Source: an uncultured Hyphomicrobiales bacterium (GTDB lineage: Bacteria; Pseudomonadota; Alphaproteobacteria; Rhizobiales; TMED25). From it: a stretch of 64,000 bases of DNA. The position numbers were made by a program, and so were the translations under genes. Shown one piece after another: positions 19,488 through 29,511 of the stretch. Numbering within the stretch: position 1 is the stretch's first letter; each line of letters opens with the position of its first letter. The notes beneath the pieces are model-generated. The model did not search any database and was not told the origin of the DNA. It worked only from the letters and a program-made list of their open reading frames with translations. The stretch is from NCBI GenBank assembly GCA_905181735.1, contig CAJIYR010000006.1, forward strand, positions 64,803 through 128,802. The letters are read 5' to 3'.

Positions 19488-21044
19488 TTAATCTTTATTG
19501 ATAATTTTGGCATTAGGAAAATAATTTTTAAAATTTTCTACTGTTAAATCATTTTTATTTATTGGCTTATCGTGAATGTTTGTAACATTAATATTCCAAT
19601 TTAAGGAAGTAGCTTTTTCAAGTGTTGATTTAAAATTATTTATTATATCGTCCGGATAACCGTTGAGTAGTTCAATCTCAATATAACCCTCTTTGTATTT
19701 AACTAGTTTTATATAATTATCAATAAGACCAATTAATCTTATATCATGATCACCAACAATTGAGATTGCTTCTTCATATGTTTTAGGTTTTATTGCCTTA
19801 TCAATATTCACCACATCTTCATGAGGATAATGGCTAATGGTTTTATTCTTTGCGATGATTTTGGATTCTAAGTTATTAATAATATCATTGATAGGCGGAA
19901 GTTGAGATGAGTAGCATAATTTAACCAGAAGCATCTCCATTGACATAAAGGCATTGAAAGAATATTCAATTTCTTTATAACCTTTTAAAAGCATTTGCCA
20001 CATATGAACTAAAGAAGACATTTCGATGGTATCAATGAATTTACTAGCATCAGTAAATTGTTCTTTTGTTAAATTAAATGAAGAATTGTTTACTTTGTTG
20101 ATTTTAATTAATGTGAAAGCATGGGATATTTCAGCAAGATCAGTAAGAATTGTAAGCGGTTCCAGGCCATTTTTATAGCTTTGTTTAATTTTTTCTAGAG
20201 CCTCATCTATTTTTCCAAGTATTATTGCTTTAAACAAGTCTATAATAAAACCTTGATCAGAATAATTTAACATATTGTAAATTTTCTCATATGTTATATT
20301 GCTTTCACACAAAACAATCGCTTGATCAAGAAGTGATAGAGCGTCTCTAACGGAACCATCAGAGGCTTTGGATATTGCAGATAAAGATAATTTATCAGAG
20401 GTCACATTTTCTTTTTTTATTATTTTTTTTAGATACTCTTCGAGTAGATCTTGGCTAATTCTTTGCAGGTTAAATCTTTGACATCTTGATATTACTGTAA
20501 TCGGAATTTTTCTAATCTCAGTAGTTGCAAAGATAAATTTAACATGTTCTGGAGGTTCTTCTAATATTTTCAATAAACCGTTAAAGGCCTGTCTAGATAA
20601 CATGTGGACTTCATCTATAATGAATATTTTATATTTAGCTAAGGAAGGTTTTGTTTGAGCTAGTCCAATTATTTCACGTATGTTGTCAATACCAGTATTA
20701 GATGCGGCGTCCATTTCGAATACGTCCGGATGCCTAGACTCCATTATAGCTTCGCAATTAAGTCCAATTTTATTTATATCAACTGTCGGTGTTTCTTTAT
20801 TCTTTTCTAATGAGTAATTTAAAGCCCTAGCCAATATCCTAGCAGTTGTTGTTTTACCAATTCCCCTGATACCATTTAGCATATATGCCTGCGGTATTCT
20901 TCCTGAATTAAATGAATTAATCAGTGTTTGTACCATTGTATCTTGGCCAATTAATTCCGTAAAATTAGTTGGCCTATATTTGCGTGCAAGGACTTTATAA
21001 TTTTTATATAATTTATTATCTTCTGAAGGGCTTATATCAATCAT
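19488..21044 (-). CDS. dnaX: DNA polymerase III subunit gamma/tau
   Basis: AAA+ clamp-loader motifs (GIRGIGKTTTARI, IIDEVHML, SRCQRF). Confidence 0.92.
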   Translation of the reverse strand: MIDISPSEDNKLYKNYKVLARKYRPTNFTELIGQDTMVQTLINSFNSGRIPQAYMLNGIRGIGKTTTARILARALNYSLEKNKETPTVDINKIGLNCEAIMESRHPDVFEMDAASNTGIDNIREIIGLAQTKPSLAKYKIFIIDEVHMLSRQAFNGLLKILEEPPEHVKFIFATTEIRKIPITVISRCQRFNLQRISQDLLEEYLKKIIKKENVTSDKLSLSAISKASDGSVRDALSLLDQAIVLCESNITYEKIYNMLNYSDQGFIIDLFKAIILGKIDEALEKIKQSYKNGLEPLTILTDLAEISHAFTLIKINKVNNSSFNLTKEQFTDASKFIDTIEMSSLVHMWQMLLKGYKEIEYSFNAFMSMEMLLVKLCYSSQLPPINDIINNLESKIIAKNKTISHYPHEDVVNIDKAIKPKTYEEAISIVGDHDIRLIGLIDNYIKLVKYKEGYIEIELLNGYPDDIINNFKSTLEKATSLNWNINVTNIHDKPINKNDLTVENFKNYFPNAKIINKD

Positions 21045-21116
21045 GGATTTTTTCTCATTATATTATTTCAATTTTTTATTTTAATTTGCATTATTTAATA
21101 ATAGAAAAATAACCAA

Positions 21117-21225
21117 TAGGTGAGAAGTTGAACGAATAACCCATACTATAATCGTTAGAGCTGCTTCTTTCCAGATCTGACTCGGTTGGCGACAAATACG
21201 CCTATTGCCAACTTCTCAATACCTA
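21117..21225 (-). ncRNA. ffs: Signal recognition particle RNA (4.5S-type)
   Basis: The reverse complement reads ...CCGAGUCAGAUCUGGAAAGAAGCAGCUC..., matching the domain IV core of E. coli 4.5S (CAGGUCAGGUCCGGAAGGAAGCAGCC), including the GGAA tetraloop with a compensatory closing pair. A terminal helix forms between 21117-21130 and 21209-21225. Its position just upstream of dnaX is a classic one. The ends are approximate. Confidence 0.78.
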
Positions 21226-21310
21226 TTATAGCAAAGGGTGAGAAATGTGCTACATTCTTCTTCTGTAATTGTATAATTAATTAACAAAAATAGATTTATA
21301 CTAGCTTGTT

Positions 21311-22198
21311 CTAGGGGCTGTTAACAAATTTTCTACTTTTACTCTCTTCTTCAATTTTTATCCTTAGCTCACTAGCATGATAAACTCCTAATATCCTAAG
21401 TTCATTGGAGAAAAAATCAAGTTCTTCTAAAGCTAAACGAACATTATTATCACTAGGATGCCCTTCAATATCAACATAGAACTGTGCCGCCGCAAAACTT
21501 CCGCCCACAATATAAGATTCTAATTTTGTCATATTAACATTATTTGTAGAAAACCCACCCATTGCTTTGTAAAGAGCTGCAGGCACATTCCTAACGCGGA
21601 AGACTAAACTGGTAATAGTTGGTCCTTTATTTGGTTCAGCGTCATCAGGTTCTGAAGATAGTATAATAAATCTAGTAGTATTATGATCCGCATCCTCAAT
21701 ATTTTTTTCTAATATTTTTAGGTTATATGTTTTTGCTGCTAGCTCGCTTGCTATAACAGCAATAGTGGGATCATTATTTTCAGAAATTATTTTTGCTGAA
21801 CCGGCGGTATCAGCGGCAACTATTTGCTTTAGATTCAACTTTCTTATGATATTCCTGCATTGGCCGAGAGCATGCCTATGACTCATTATATGACTTATTT
21901 GTTCTAGGTTAGTATCTTTTACGGCAATCAGTTGATGTCTGATAGGTAAAAAGAACTCATCAACTATATACAGATTTGAAGTAGGAAGTAAGTAATGAAT
22001 ATCCGCAACGCGCCCTGCGAGAGAGTTCTCAATAGGTATCATAGCGTATTGGACTTTTCCTTCCTCAACACACGCGAATGCGTCCTCAAATGTTTGAGCG
22101 GGGATTGCTTCCATATTCGGATATTTATTGATGCATGCTATATGTGAATAAGCACCTTTTTCTCCCTGAAAGACTATTTTATTATCTTTTCCATTCAT
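21311..22198 (-). CDS. pheA: Prephenate dehydratase
   Basis: PDT domain (FQGEKGAYSH..., TRFIIL) followed by a C-terminal ACT domain. Confidence 0.85.
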   Translation of the reverse strand: MNGKDNKIVFQGEKGAYSHIACINKYPNMEAIPAQTFEDAFACVEEGKVQYAMIPIENSLAGRVADIHYLLPTSNLYIVDEFFLPIRHQLIAVKDTNLEQISHIMSHRHALGQCRNIIRKLNLKQIVAADTAGSAKIISENNDPTIAVIASELAAKTYNLKILEKNIEDADHNTTRFIILSSEPDDAEPNKGPTITSLVFRVRNVPAALYKAMGGFSTNNVNMTKLESYIVGGSFAAAQFYVDIEGHPSDNNVRLALEELDFFSNELRILGVYHASELRIKIEEESKSRKFVNSP

Positions 22199-22974
22199 TT
22201 TTTATCTTTCGATTGATTTTCAATCAGTTCTTTTGCTTTTTTAAAATCTTCAATTGTATCAACTCCAATTATATTGTCTTTAATTAAAATTATATTAATT
22301 TTTAAATTATTTTCCAATGCTCTTATTTGTTCAAGATTTTCTCTTTCTTCTAACGCTGTTTGGCTACTTAAAATAAATTTTTCTAGGGCATGGCGCTTGT
22401 ACATATAAAGGCCAATATGTTCATAATAGCTTCCTTTGCCGAATGGTATTGGTGATCTAGAAAAATACAAAGCAGGAGATTCTGAACCTAAAGTTGTTAA
22501 GTTAGTAGCAACTTTAACAACATTTGAATCTTCAATATCTTTCTTATTTGTAATTTTTTTACCAAATGTAATTATATCTGCATCCGTTTTCTTGATTTTT
22601 TCAATTGCTAAATTAATAATATTTGGATCGATTGTTGGGATATCCCCTTGCAGATTCATAATATAAGAATAGCTCCCCTCTAATTCAGTCTTTAGCAGTG
22701 CTTCATATATTCTATCTGATCCTGTTTTATGGTCAGTCCTGGTTTTTATGGCTTGCCCACCCCGTCCTACTATTTCTTTTATTATGTCATCAGAATCAGT
22801 CGCTACAATGACTTTGTCGGCAATAGACTTAATGGCTTTCTCCCAAATATGGACAATCATAGGTTTATTATCAATGACCATGAGAGGTTTTCCAGGCAAG
22901 CGGGTAGCTGCCATTCTAGCCGGTATTATGATCATTGTTTCTTTATTTTTAATCATTTTTTTACCTTGATTCAC
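22195..22974 (-). CDS. kdsB: 3-deoxy-manno-octulosonate cytidylyltransferase
   Basis: Contains IIIPARMAATRLPGKPL and NLQGDIP motifs. The start could be one of the internal ATGs (22956 or 22935). Confidence 0.85.
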   Translation of the reverse strand: MNQGKKMIKNKETMIIIPARMAATRLPGKPLMVIDNKPMIVHIWEKAIKSIADKVIVATDSDDIIKEIVGRGGQAIKTRTDHKTGSDRIYEALLKTELEGSYSYIMNLQGDIPTIDPNIINLAIEKIKKTDADIITFGKKITNKKDIEDSNVVKVATNLTTLGSESPALYFSRSPIPFGKGSYYEHIGLYMYKRHALEKFILSSQTALEERENLEQIRALENNLKINIILIKDNIIGVDTIEDFKKAKELIENQSKDKK

Positions 22975-23097
22975 ATATTTATAAAATATTTACTTGATTG
23001 TAGTGAAACTAGAAATTATTAGTAATAATTATTATTTATATAAATTTTAATTAATTTAATACTATAAGTAAAATAACTTAATTGGAAGTGGTGAATT

Positions 23098-23658
23098 ATG
23101 GATAATTTTGAAGTTAATAAAATTGTTGGTGCGGTCCTTGGAACTGCGTTATTTGTGCTATGCCTTGGTTTTCTTGCAGATATGATTTATGCAACTCCGA
23201 AGCTGGAAAAGCAGGCATATATTGTTGAAACTCTGGTTGCCGATACACTCGAGAACTCTGACACAGATAATATTGTTGTCGAAGGACCAAGTTTAACTGA
23301 ATTATTAAGTTTAGCTAGTTCTGAAAAAGGAAAGAACGTTTCAAAAAAATGCGCATCTTGTCATAATTTTGAAGCAGGAATGCCTAATAAAGTGGGCCCA
23401 AATCTTTATGGCATTGTCGATAGGAAAATAGCATCTGTTGCTGAATTTTCTTACTCGTCCGCTTTATCTGAAAAGTTTGAAGAGGGAGATTTGTGGAATT
23501 TTGAGAGCCTAGATTCATTCTTAGAGTCTCCAAAAAAATGGGTTCCTGGAACTAATATGAGTTTCGCAGGTATAAAGAAACCAAAAGATAGAGCTAATAT
23601 TATAGCTTATTTATTAGAAATTTCACCTGAATCTAATTCTAAGATTATTAATAACTAA
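23098..23658 (+). CDS. Membrane-anchored c-type cytochrome (CycM-like)
   Basis: N-terminal TM helix and a C-terminal class I cytochrome c domain with CASCH haem-binding motif, GPNLYG and a distal Met (GTNMSF). Confidence 0.8.
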   Translation: MDNFEVNKIVGAVLGTALFVLCLGFLADMIYATPKLEKQAYIVETLVADTLENSDTDNIVVEGPSLTELLSLASSEKGKNVSKKCASCHNFEAGMPNKVGPNLYGIVDRKIASVAEFSYSSALSEKFEEGDLWNFESLDSFLESPKKWVPGTNMSFAGIKKPKDRANIIAYLLEISPESNSKIINN

Positions 23659-23695
23659 GTTTAAATAATTATTTTTTGTAAATAGAGTGCTATTT

Positions 23696-23718
23696 TTAAT
23701 TGTTGTAACAACAATTAA
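23696..23718. promoter_or_regulatory. 23-bp perfect palindrome between cytochrome c and yejA
   Basis: TTAATTGTTGT-A-ACAACAATTAA has 11-bp arms. It lies 38 nt after the cytochrome c stop and 61 nt before the yejA start. It could be an operator or a terminator stem. No T-tract follows it. Confidence 0.4.
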
Positions 23719-23778
23719 TACGTGTCATCTTTCTTGTAATAAATTGATTATTTTTTACTAAATTTAATATGAGGAAGT

Positions 23779-25593
23779 GTGGTTTCCATTATAAAGACAT
23801 TAATTATTTTTTTTGTTTGCGCATACAATGTATCAGTTGCATCTTCGAGCCAAGATCAATGGACACATGGGCTAACGTTAGGCGATAGCCTAAAATATAA
23901 TCAAGATTTTAAAAATTTTGATTATGTTAATCCAGAGTCTCCAAAGGGAGGTAAAATAAGGCGAGCGGTAGTTGGAACTTTTGATACGTTAAATCCATTT
24001 AATATAAAAGGTACTCCTGCATACGGATCTTTTGATATTTACGACACCTTAATGACTGGATCTGATGATGAGCCATTTTCTTACTATGGATTGATCGCTG
24101 AGAGCGTTTCATATCCTGATGACTATTCCTACGTTACTTACAAGATGAGAAAGAATGCAAAGTGGCATGACGGACAATCTATAACTTCTGAAGATGTAGT
24201 TTGGAGTTTAAATACTCTGAAAGAAAATCATCCACATTATAAGTTTTATTATAAAAACATCTTGCGTGTTGAAAAAATATCTGACTATGAAGTTAAATTT
24301 TATTTTGATCAAAAAGGAAATAGGGAATTACCATTAATTACAGGTCAATTTCCTATATTGCCCAAACATTACTGGGAGAGCAAAGATCCTGATGGATTAG
24401 TAAGAGATTTTGGAAATTCAACTCTAGAATTTCCGCTTGGATCAGGTCCGTATAAATTTTCAGAAATATCTGCAGGAAGAAATATCAAGTACGAAAGAGT
24501 TAAAAATTACTGGGCAAAGGATCTTCCTGTGAGTAGGGGGCTATATAACTTCAATCAGATAATTTTTGAATATTTTAGAGACCCCACTGTTCTATTGGAG
24601 GCATTTAAAGCAGGAGAAATAGATTTTGTGTTTGAGAACTCTGCTAAAAGATGGGTAACAGGCTATGATTCAAAGGCATTGCTTGATGGAAAAATGAAGT
24701 TAGAAGTATTTGAAAGTAAAAATGTGCAAGGGATGCAAGCTTTTGTATTCAACACAAGAAGAAATAAATTCAAGGATGTAAAGGTTAGAAAAGCATTTAA
24801 TTTAGCTTTTGATTTCGAGTGGTTAAATGAAAATATATTTTATAATCAGTATAAAAGAATTGATAGTTATTTTGATAATTCAGAGTTGGAGTCAAGAGGA
24901 GCTGCTGTTGACGAGGAGTTAGAAATATTAATAAATATGAGTAACTCTTTATCTAGTGAAGTCTTTACGGATATTTATCAAAATTCAATTGGAGGAAACT
25001 CTAAAAATAATCGAAATAATCTAAGAGAAGCCAGTATTTTATTAAAGGAATCTGGTTGGTCCCTAGAAGATGGTAGATTATTAAACTCCTTTACAAATGA
25101 AACGTTCAAAGTTGAATTCTTAATTTCGCAAAGTGATATGGAGAGAATTATAAATCCCTATATTAAAAATTTAAGGCTTCTTGGTATTGAAGCTAACATT
25201 AGAGTAGTGGATATAACTCAGTATCAGCAACGTATAGATAATTTTGATTTTGATATAATAATAGATAATTTTCCTCAATCCCTATCGCCAGGGAACGAAC
25301 AAAGAGATTATTGGGGATCAGAATCTGCTGGATTAGCAGGATCTAGAAATACTATAGGTATTGAAGATGAAGCTGTAGATAAATTGATTAATCGAATTAT
25401 ATTTGCAAAAGATCGCTCAGAGCTAGTTGCTGCTACCAAGGCCTTGGATAGGGTTCTAAAATTGAATTATTTTGTTGTTCCGCATTACTATTCCTCGGGC
25501 ACAAGAACTGCTAGGTGGGATAAGTTTGACCACGCAGATATTATTCCTGGTTATAATTTTAATTTATCCACTTGGTGGGAAAAGTCTAATTAA
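23779..25593 (+). CDS. yejA: ABC transporter substrate-binding protein, family 5 (YejA-like)
   Basis: 604 aa with a signal peptide. SBP_bac_5 size and layout. First gene of a yejABEF-type operon. Confidence 0.78.
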   Translation: MVSIIKTLIIFFVCAYNVSVASSSQDQWTHGLTLGDSLKYNQDFKNFDYVNPESPKGGKIRRAVVGTFDTLNPFNIKGTPAYGSFDIYDTLMTGSDDEPFSYYGLIAESVSYPDDYSYVTYKMRKNAKWHDGQSITSEDVVWSLNTLKENHPHYKFYYKNILRVEKISDYEVKFYFDQKGNRELPLITGQFPILPKHYWESKDPDGLVRDFGNSTLEFPLGSGPYKFSEISAGRNIKYERVKNYWAKDLPVSRGLYNFNQIIFEYFRDPTVLLEAFKAGEIDFVFENSAKRWVTGYDSKALLDGKMKLEVFESKNVQGMQAFVFNTRRNKFKDVKVRKAFNLAFDFEWLNENIFYNQYKRIDSYFDNSELESRGAAVDEELEILINMSNSLSSEVFTDIYQNSIGGNSKNNRNNLREASILLKESGWSLEDGRLLNSFTNETFKVEFLISQSDMERIINPYIKNLRLLGIEANIRVVDITQYQQRIDNFDFDIIIDNFPQSLSPGNEQRDYWGSESAGLAGSRNTIGIEDEAVDKLINRIIFAKDRSELVAATKALDRVLKLNYFVVPHYYSSGTRTARWDKFDHADIIPGYNFNLSTWWEKSN

Positions 25594-25628
25594 GGATTCT
25601 TAAATTATAACAAGGGTATAATTCAATT

Positions 25629-26729
25629 ATGGTATTATATATATTTAAAAGAATCTTATTTTTTATTCCCACTATATTTGGCATTATGGCAATAAGTTTT
25701 GCTATTATTCAATTCGCACCAGGGGGACCTGTTGAAAGAATTATTGCTCAAATATCAGGGGCTGAAGTTTCAGCTACGTCAAGAATATCGGGAGCAAATA
25801 TTACAGATTTTGGAATTGAAAGTTCTAACAATACAACCGGAGACAATAAATATAGAGGTGGGCAGGGTTTGGACCCAGAGTTTATTTTGGAATTAGAAAG
25901 ACAATTTGGTTTTGACAAACCTCCATTGGAAAGATTCTTCTTTATGATCTCGAATTATCTTAGATTTGATTTTGGAGATAGTTACTACCGTGACATATCT
26001 GTAATTGATTTAATTATAGAAAAGCTACCAGTTTCCATATCTTTAGGATTATGGATGACATTCTTGTCATATATAATTTCTATCCCACTTGGTATTTTAA
26101 AGGCGATAAAAGACGGTTCAAAGTTTGATATATGGACTTCTGGTGTTGTTATATTCAGTTACGCAATTCCAGGATTTTTATTTGCAATACTGTTGATTAT
26201 TTTATTTTCAGGAGGAAGCTATTTAGATTGGTTTCCTCTAAGGGGGCTTGTGTCAGATAACTATAATGAATTATCTTTTTATGGAAAAATTATTGACTAT
26301 CTTTGGCATATAACATTACCGGTTCTATCAATGGTTTTGGGTGCATTTGCAACAACAACCCTTTTAACTAAGAATTCTTTTCTTGATGAAATAGAAAAAC
26401 AATACGTTTTAACTGCTAGAGCCAAGGGGCTAAATCAAAGTCAAGTTCTTAGAAGACATATCTTTCGAAATGCAATGTTGATAATAATAGCTGGTTTCCC
26501 TTCTGCATTTATTGCGGCTTTCTTTACGGGATCTTTGTTAATAGAGACTATATTTTCCTTGGACGGTTTAGGTTTATTAAGTTTTGAATCAATTATTAAT
26601 AGAGATTATTCTGTCGTTTTTGCGAGTTTATATATTTTTTCATTACTTGGGCTAGTGGTTAACCTATTATCTGATCTTGCTTATCATTGGATCGATCCAC
26701 GTATAGATTTTGAGAAAAGAGAACTTTAA
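25629..26729 (+). CDS. yejB: ABC transporter permease (YejB-like)
   Basis: BPD_transp_1 permease with the long periplasmic insertion after TM1 typical of YejB. Confidence 0.8.
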   Translation: MVLYIFKRILFFIPTIFGIMAISFAIIQFAPGGPVERIIAQISGAEVSATSRISGANITDFGIESSNNTTGDNKYRGGQGLDPEFILELERQFGFDKPPLERFFFMISNYLRFDFGDSYYRDISVIDLIIEKLPVSISLGLWMTFLSYIISIPLGILKAIKDGSKFDIWTSGVVIFSYAIPGFLFAILLIILFSGGSYLDWFPLRGLVSDNYNELSFYGKIIDYLWHITLPVLSMVLGAFATTTLLTKNSFLDEIEKQYVLTARAKGLNQSQVLRRHIFRNAMLIIIAGFPSAFIAAFFTGSLLIETIFSLDGLGLLSFESIINRDYSVVFASLYIFSLLGLVVNLLSDLAYHWIDPRIDFEKREL

Positions 26730-26761
26730 GGATAACCAAAGAACTAATAAAAACGGGAATT

Positions 26762-27874
26762 ATGGAAAAATTTAATTTTTATAAATTTTCTCCTCTGGCA
26801 ATAAGGAGAATAAAAAACTTTAGAGCGAATAAAAGGGGCCTCTGGTCATTACGTATTTTTTCTATAATATTTATTATTTCTATGTTTGCAGAGTTTTTTA
26901 TGAACGACAGACCTCTCTTGATGTTTTACAAAGGTGAAATGCTTGCTCCAGTATTTTTTGATTATCCTGAAGAAAAATTTGGCGGCTTTCTAGCTAAAAC
27001 TGATTATAGAGACCCGATGATTTCTGAGGAGATATCTGATAATGGTTGGATAATATGGCCGCCTATTCGTTACCATTATTCAACTATAAATTATGAGTTA
27101 CCTGTACCAGCGCCATCGCCGCCTACATATATGATTAATAAAGATGACAGATGTGTAAGTTATAATAACTACGCCAACGATAAAGATTGTACAATTTGGA
27201 ATTGGAATTGGCTTGGCACTGACGATCAGGGTAGAGATGTATTGGCTCGTTTAATATATGGATTTAGATTATCAATATTATTTGGATTAGTGTTAACCTC
27301 ACTATCATCACTGATTGGGATAATGGCTGGAGCTCTCCAGGGATATTTTGGCGGCTTAGTAGATTTAATCTCACAGAGATTTATTGAAGTCTGGACCTCA
27401 ATTCCATCTCTATATTTACTTATTATAATTTCTTCTGTAATTGTTCCTAGTTTCTGGCTTTTACTTTTTATACTTTTATTATTTTCCTGGGTTTCTTTGG
27501 TTGGAGTTGTTAGGGCAGAATTTTTAAGGGCTAGGAATTTTGAATACGTCACAGCTGCTAGAGCATTGGGTGTTGCAAACTTTAAGATAATGTTTAAACA
27601 TTTACTACCCAATGCAATGGTTGCAACATTAACTTTTGTTCCTTTTCTATTAAATGGATCAATAGTAACCCTTACATCGTTAGACTTTTTAGGATTCGGT
27701 TTGCCACCTGGTTCGCCATCACTTGGTGAATTATTAGCGCAAGGAAAGAACAATATACACGCTCCTTGGCTCGGTCTTTCAGGTTTTTTTGGGATTGCTA
27801 TTATTTTAAGTTTATTAATATTTATAGGAGAATCGGTAAGGGATGCATTTGATCCAAGAAAGATTTTTAAATGA
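26762..27874 (+). CDS. yejE: ABC transporter permease (YejE-like)
   Basis: DppC/OppC-type permease with a long N-terminal periplasmic loop, as in YejE. Confidence 0.8.
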   Translation: MEKFNFYKFSPLAIRRIKNFRANKRGLWSLRIFSIIFIISMFAEFFMNDRPLLMFYKGEMLAPVFFDYPEEKFGGFLAKTDYRDPMISEEISDNGWIIWPPIRYHYSTINYELPVPAPSPPTYMINKDDRCVSYNNYANDKDCTIWNWNWLGTDDQGRDVLARLIYGFRLSILFGLVLTSLSSLIGIMAGALQGYFGGLVDLISQRFIEVWTSIPSLYLLIIISSVIVPSFWLLLFILLLFSWVSLVGVVRAEFLRARNFEYVTAARALGVANFKIMFKHLLPNAMVATLTFVPFLLNGSIVTLTSLDFLGFGLPPGSPSLGELLAQGKNNIHAPWLGLSGFFGIAIILSLLIFIGESVRDAFDPRKIFK

Positions 27875-29493
27875 CAAATAATATTATTATAAAAAAAAAT
27901 CTACTAGAAATATCAAATTTATCATTGTCTTTTATGCAAGATAATAATGAGATTAATATCTTAGATAATGTGAATTTTAAAATAAGGAAAAAGCAGACTA
28001 TTTCTTTGGTTGGAGAGTCTGGTTCCGGGAAATCTTTAACTGCACTTTCTATCATGGGATTGCTTCCTAGTTCAGCTATTCTTAGCAAATCAAGCAAGGT
28101 AGTATTTGATTCAGAAAATTTAATAAAAGTTTCTTCTAGGGATATGGACAAGATTAGAGGAAATGAGATATCAATGATTTTTCAGGAGCCTTTGTCTTCC
28201 CTGAATCCATTACATAGAATTCAAAAACAAATAGCTGAGATAATTGTATTACATAAAGGAAATTCCTATAAGTCAGCAAAATCATTAACAATTGAATTAA
28301 TGCATAAGGTGGGTATAAAAAACGTACCTGATAAATTAGAGAGTTTCCCACACCAATTATCTGGGGGTGAGCGGCAAAGAATTATGATTGCCATAGCTAT
28401 AGCAAATGAGCCAAAATTACTAATAGCAGATGAACCAACTACTGCATTAGATGTTACAACACAATTTAAGGTACTTAAATTGTTGAAGAAATTACAAGAT
28501 GAAATAGGGATGTCAATATTACTTATAACGCATGACCTAGGTATAGTAAAAAATTTTTCTGATGAAGTTTGTGTTATGAAAGATGGTGTAATAGTTGAGA
28601 ATAATGATACCGAAAAGATACTATTAAAACCTCAGCATGATTACACAAGACATCTACTTGGCTCACAATTAGAGAAAAATTATGAAAAAGACTTGTCTTC
28701 ATCAGAATGTATATTGAAAGTGGATAATTTAAAGGTTTGGTACCCAATAAAAAAAGGTATATTTAATCGAAGATCCCATTACTTAAAAGCCGTTGATGAT
28801 GTATCTTTTCTTCTGCGCAAGGGAGAGGTTTTGGGAATAGTTGGCGAATCTGGATCAGGAAAAACAACATTAGGGCTTGCTATCGTAAGATTAATATCAA
28901 GTAAGGGAAAGATACGTTTCAATCAAGATTATATAGATAACAAATCATTTAGAGAATTAAGAAAATATCGACGTGATATTCAAGTTGTTTTTCAGGATCC
29001 CTATGGATCGCTATCTCCAAGGATGACTATAGAGCAAATAGTCGAAGAAGGTTTGATAGCTCAAAAAATAAATCTAACTAAAAGCGAGAGACTGCTTGCC
29101 GTGTGTAACGTTTTAAGTGATGTTGGTATCGATATTTCAGCTAAAGATCGTTACCCGCACGAATTTTCTGGAGGCCAAAGGCAAAGGATAGCTATTGCAC
29201 GTGCCTTAATTTTAAAACCAAAATTTATTATGCTAGATGAGCCAACGAGTTCTTTGGACGTCTCTATACAATTGCAAATTATTAAATTATTGCAAAATTT
29301 ACGCATTAAATATGATTTGTCATATATTTTCATTAGCCATGATTTGAAAGTTATAAATTCTATTGCAGATAAAGTTATTGTAATGAATAAAGGGAAAATA
29401 ATTGAATACGGGAGTGCAACGGATATTCTTCAGAATCCAAAAAATGATTATACGAAGGAATTAGTTTCTTCGTCGTTAAGTATTAATAGTTAG
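27871..29493 (+). CDS. yejF: ABC transporter ATPase with duplicated ATP-binding domains (YejF-like)
   Basis: Two Walker A motifs (GESGSGKS twice), two LSGG signatures (LSGGERQR, FSGGQRQR) and two Walker B motifs. Confidence 0.87.
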   Translation: MTNNIIIKKNLLEISNLSLSFMQDNNEINILDNVNFKIRKKQTISLVGESGSGKSLTALSIMGLLPSSAILSKSSKVVFDSENLIKVSSRDMDKIRGNEISMIFQEPLSSLNPLHRIQKQIAEIIVLHKGNSYKSAKSLTIELMHKVGIKNVPDKLESFPHQLSGGERQRIMIAIAIANEPKLLIADEPTTALDVTTQFKVLKLLKKLQDEIGMSILLITHDLGIVKNFSDEVCVMKDGVIVENNDTEKILLKPQHDYTRHLLGSQLEKNYEKDLSSSECILKVDNLKVWYPIKKGIFNRRSHYLKAVDDVSFLLRKGEVLGIVGESGSGKTTLGLAIVRLISSKGKIRFNQDYIDNKSFRELRKYRRDIQVVFQDPYGSLSPRMTIEQIVEEGLIAQKINLTKSERLLAVCNVLSDVGIDISAKDRYPHEFSGGQRQRIAIARALILKPKFIMLDEPTSSLDVSIQLQIIKLLQNLRIKYDLSYIFISHDLKVINSIADKVIVMNKGKIIEYGSATDILQNPKNDYTKELVSSSLSINS

Positions 29494-29511
29494 ATATAAT
29501 ATTTGATAATA

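Noticed and set aside
20411-20430. A-rich slippery run in dnaX (mRNA ...CUA AAA AAA AUA AUA AAA AAA GAA...). A stop follows three codons later in the -1 frame, which resembles the E. coli gamma/tau programmed frameshift.
   Set aside because: It lies at about codon 205 of 518, inside the AAA+ module, so the truncated product would lack domain III and could not function as gamma. A-runs are frequent in this AT-rich genome and no downstream stimulatory hairpin is evident.
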